Shown here piece by piece: positions 63,901 to 64,000 of a DNA stretch of 64,000 bases. The stretch is from NCBI RefSeq assembly GCF_030028105.1, contig NC_092379.1, positions 26,777,821 through 26,841,820 on the forward strand, written 5' to 3'. This DNA is from Mobula birostris (taxonomy: Eukaryota). Below the pieces are notes generated by a model. It had not been told where the DNA came from, did not search any database, and saw only the letters and a program-made list of their open reading frames with translations. Position 1 is the stretch's first letter. Each line of letters begins with the position of its first letter. The position numbers and the translations under genes are program-made.

Positions 63901-64000
63901 ATGCTCTTGACGCTGTTGCTCTGTGATACATTTTGTGCGTTTGACCATGGTTTTACTAGCATATTGCAATGGTGGTTTGCTATTGCCTACCATTCGGTGA
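60960..64000 (-). mobile_element. RTE-clade LINE, near full length, decayed
   Basis: Endonuclease (IATWNVRTL, WTWKSPGDNTRNQID), RT (NNFRYADDTLLIAS), C-terminus ending GHGT*, then a (GAT)n tail. Confidence 0.92.

Noticed and set aside
1-64000. NAR-TCR, IgHV-like (TAILV) segments, and D, J or C exons
   Set aside because: I found no IgH-type V framework, no FGxG J motif with a 12-RSS and no C1 exon. V1 and V2 have ordinary TRA/TRD-type features. Manual reading could miss very decayed copies.

Overview
Vertebrate genomic DNA, most likely from a cartilaginous fish (judged from the V-gene style and repeat families, not confirmed), covering part of the variable-segment region of a T-cell receptor locus, probably TCR alpha/delta. 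It holds two V genes with open reading frames and leader exons. V1 is on the + strand at 30935-31382 with a degenerate 23-RSS nonamer and a displaced first cysteine. V2 is on the - strand at 54669-54203 with a near-consensus 23-RSS. The two sit in an old inverted duplication of about 3-4 kb. Two decayed V pseudogenes of a second subgroup lie on the - strand at about 0.3-0.6 kb and 2.6-3.1 kb. I found no D, J or C segment. Most of the rest is decayed, often nested transposable elements: Tf1/sushi chromoviruses, two related miniature LTR elements that keep a predicted self-priming signal, Gmr1-like gypsy elements with integrase before RT, CR1, RTE, Rex1, a HERO-like non-LTR element, Penelope remnants, Tc1, hAT-like fragments and SINEs. 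There are three N gaps. All calls come from manual reading and translation; no database search was run.
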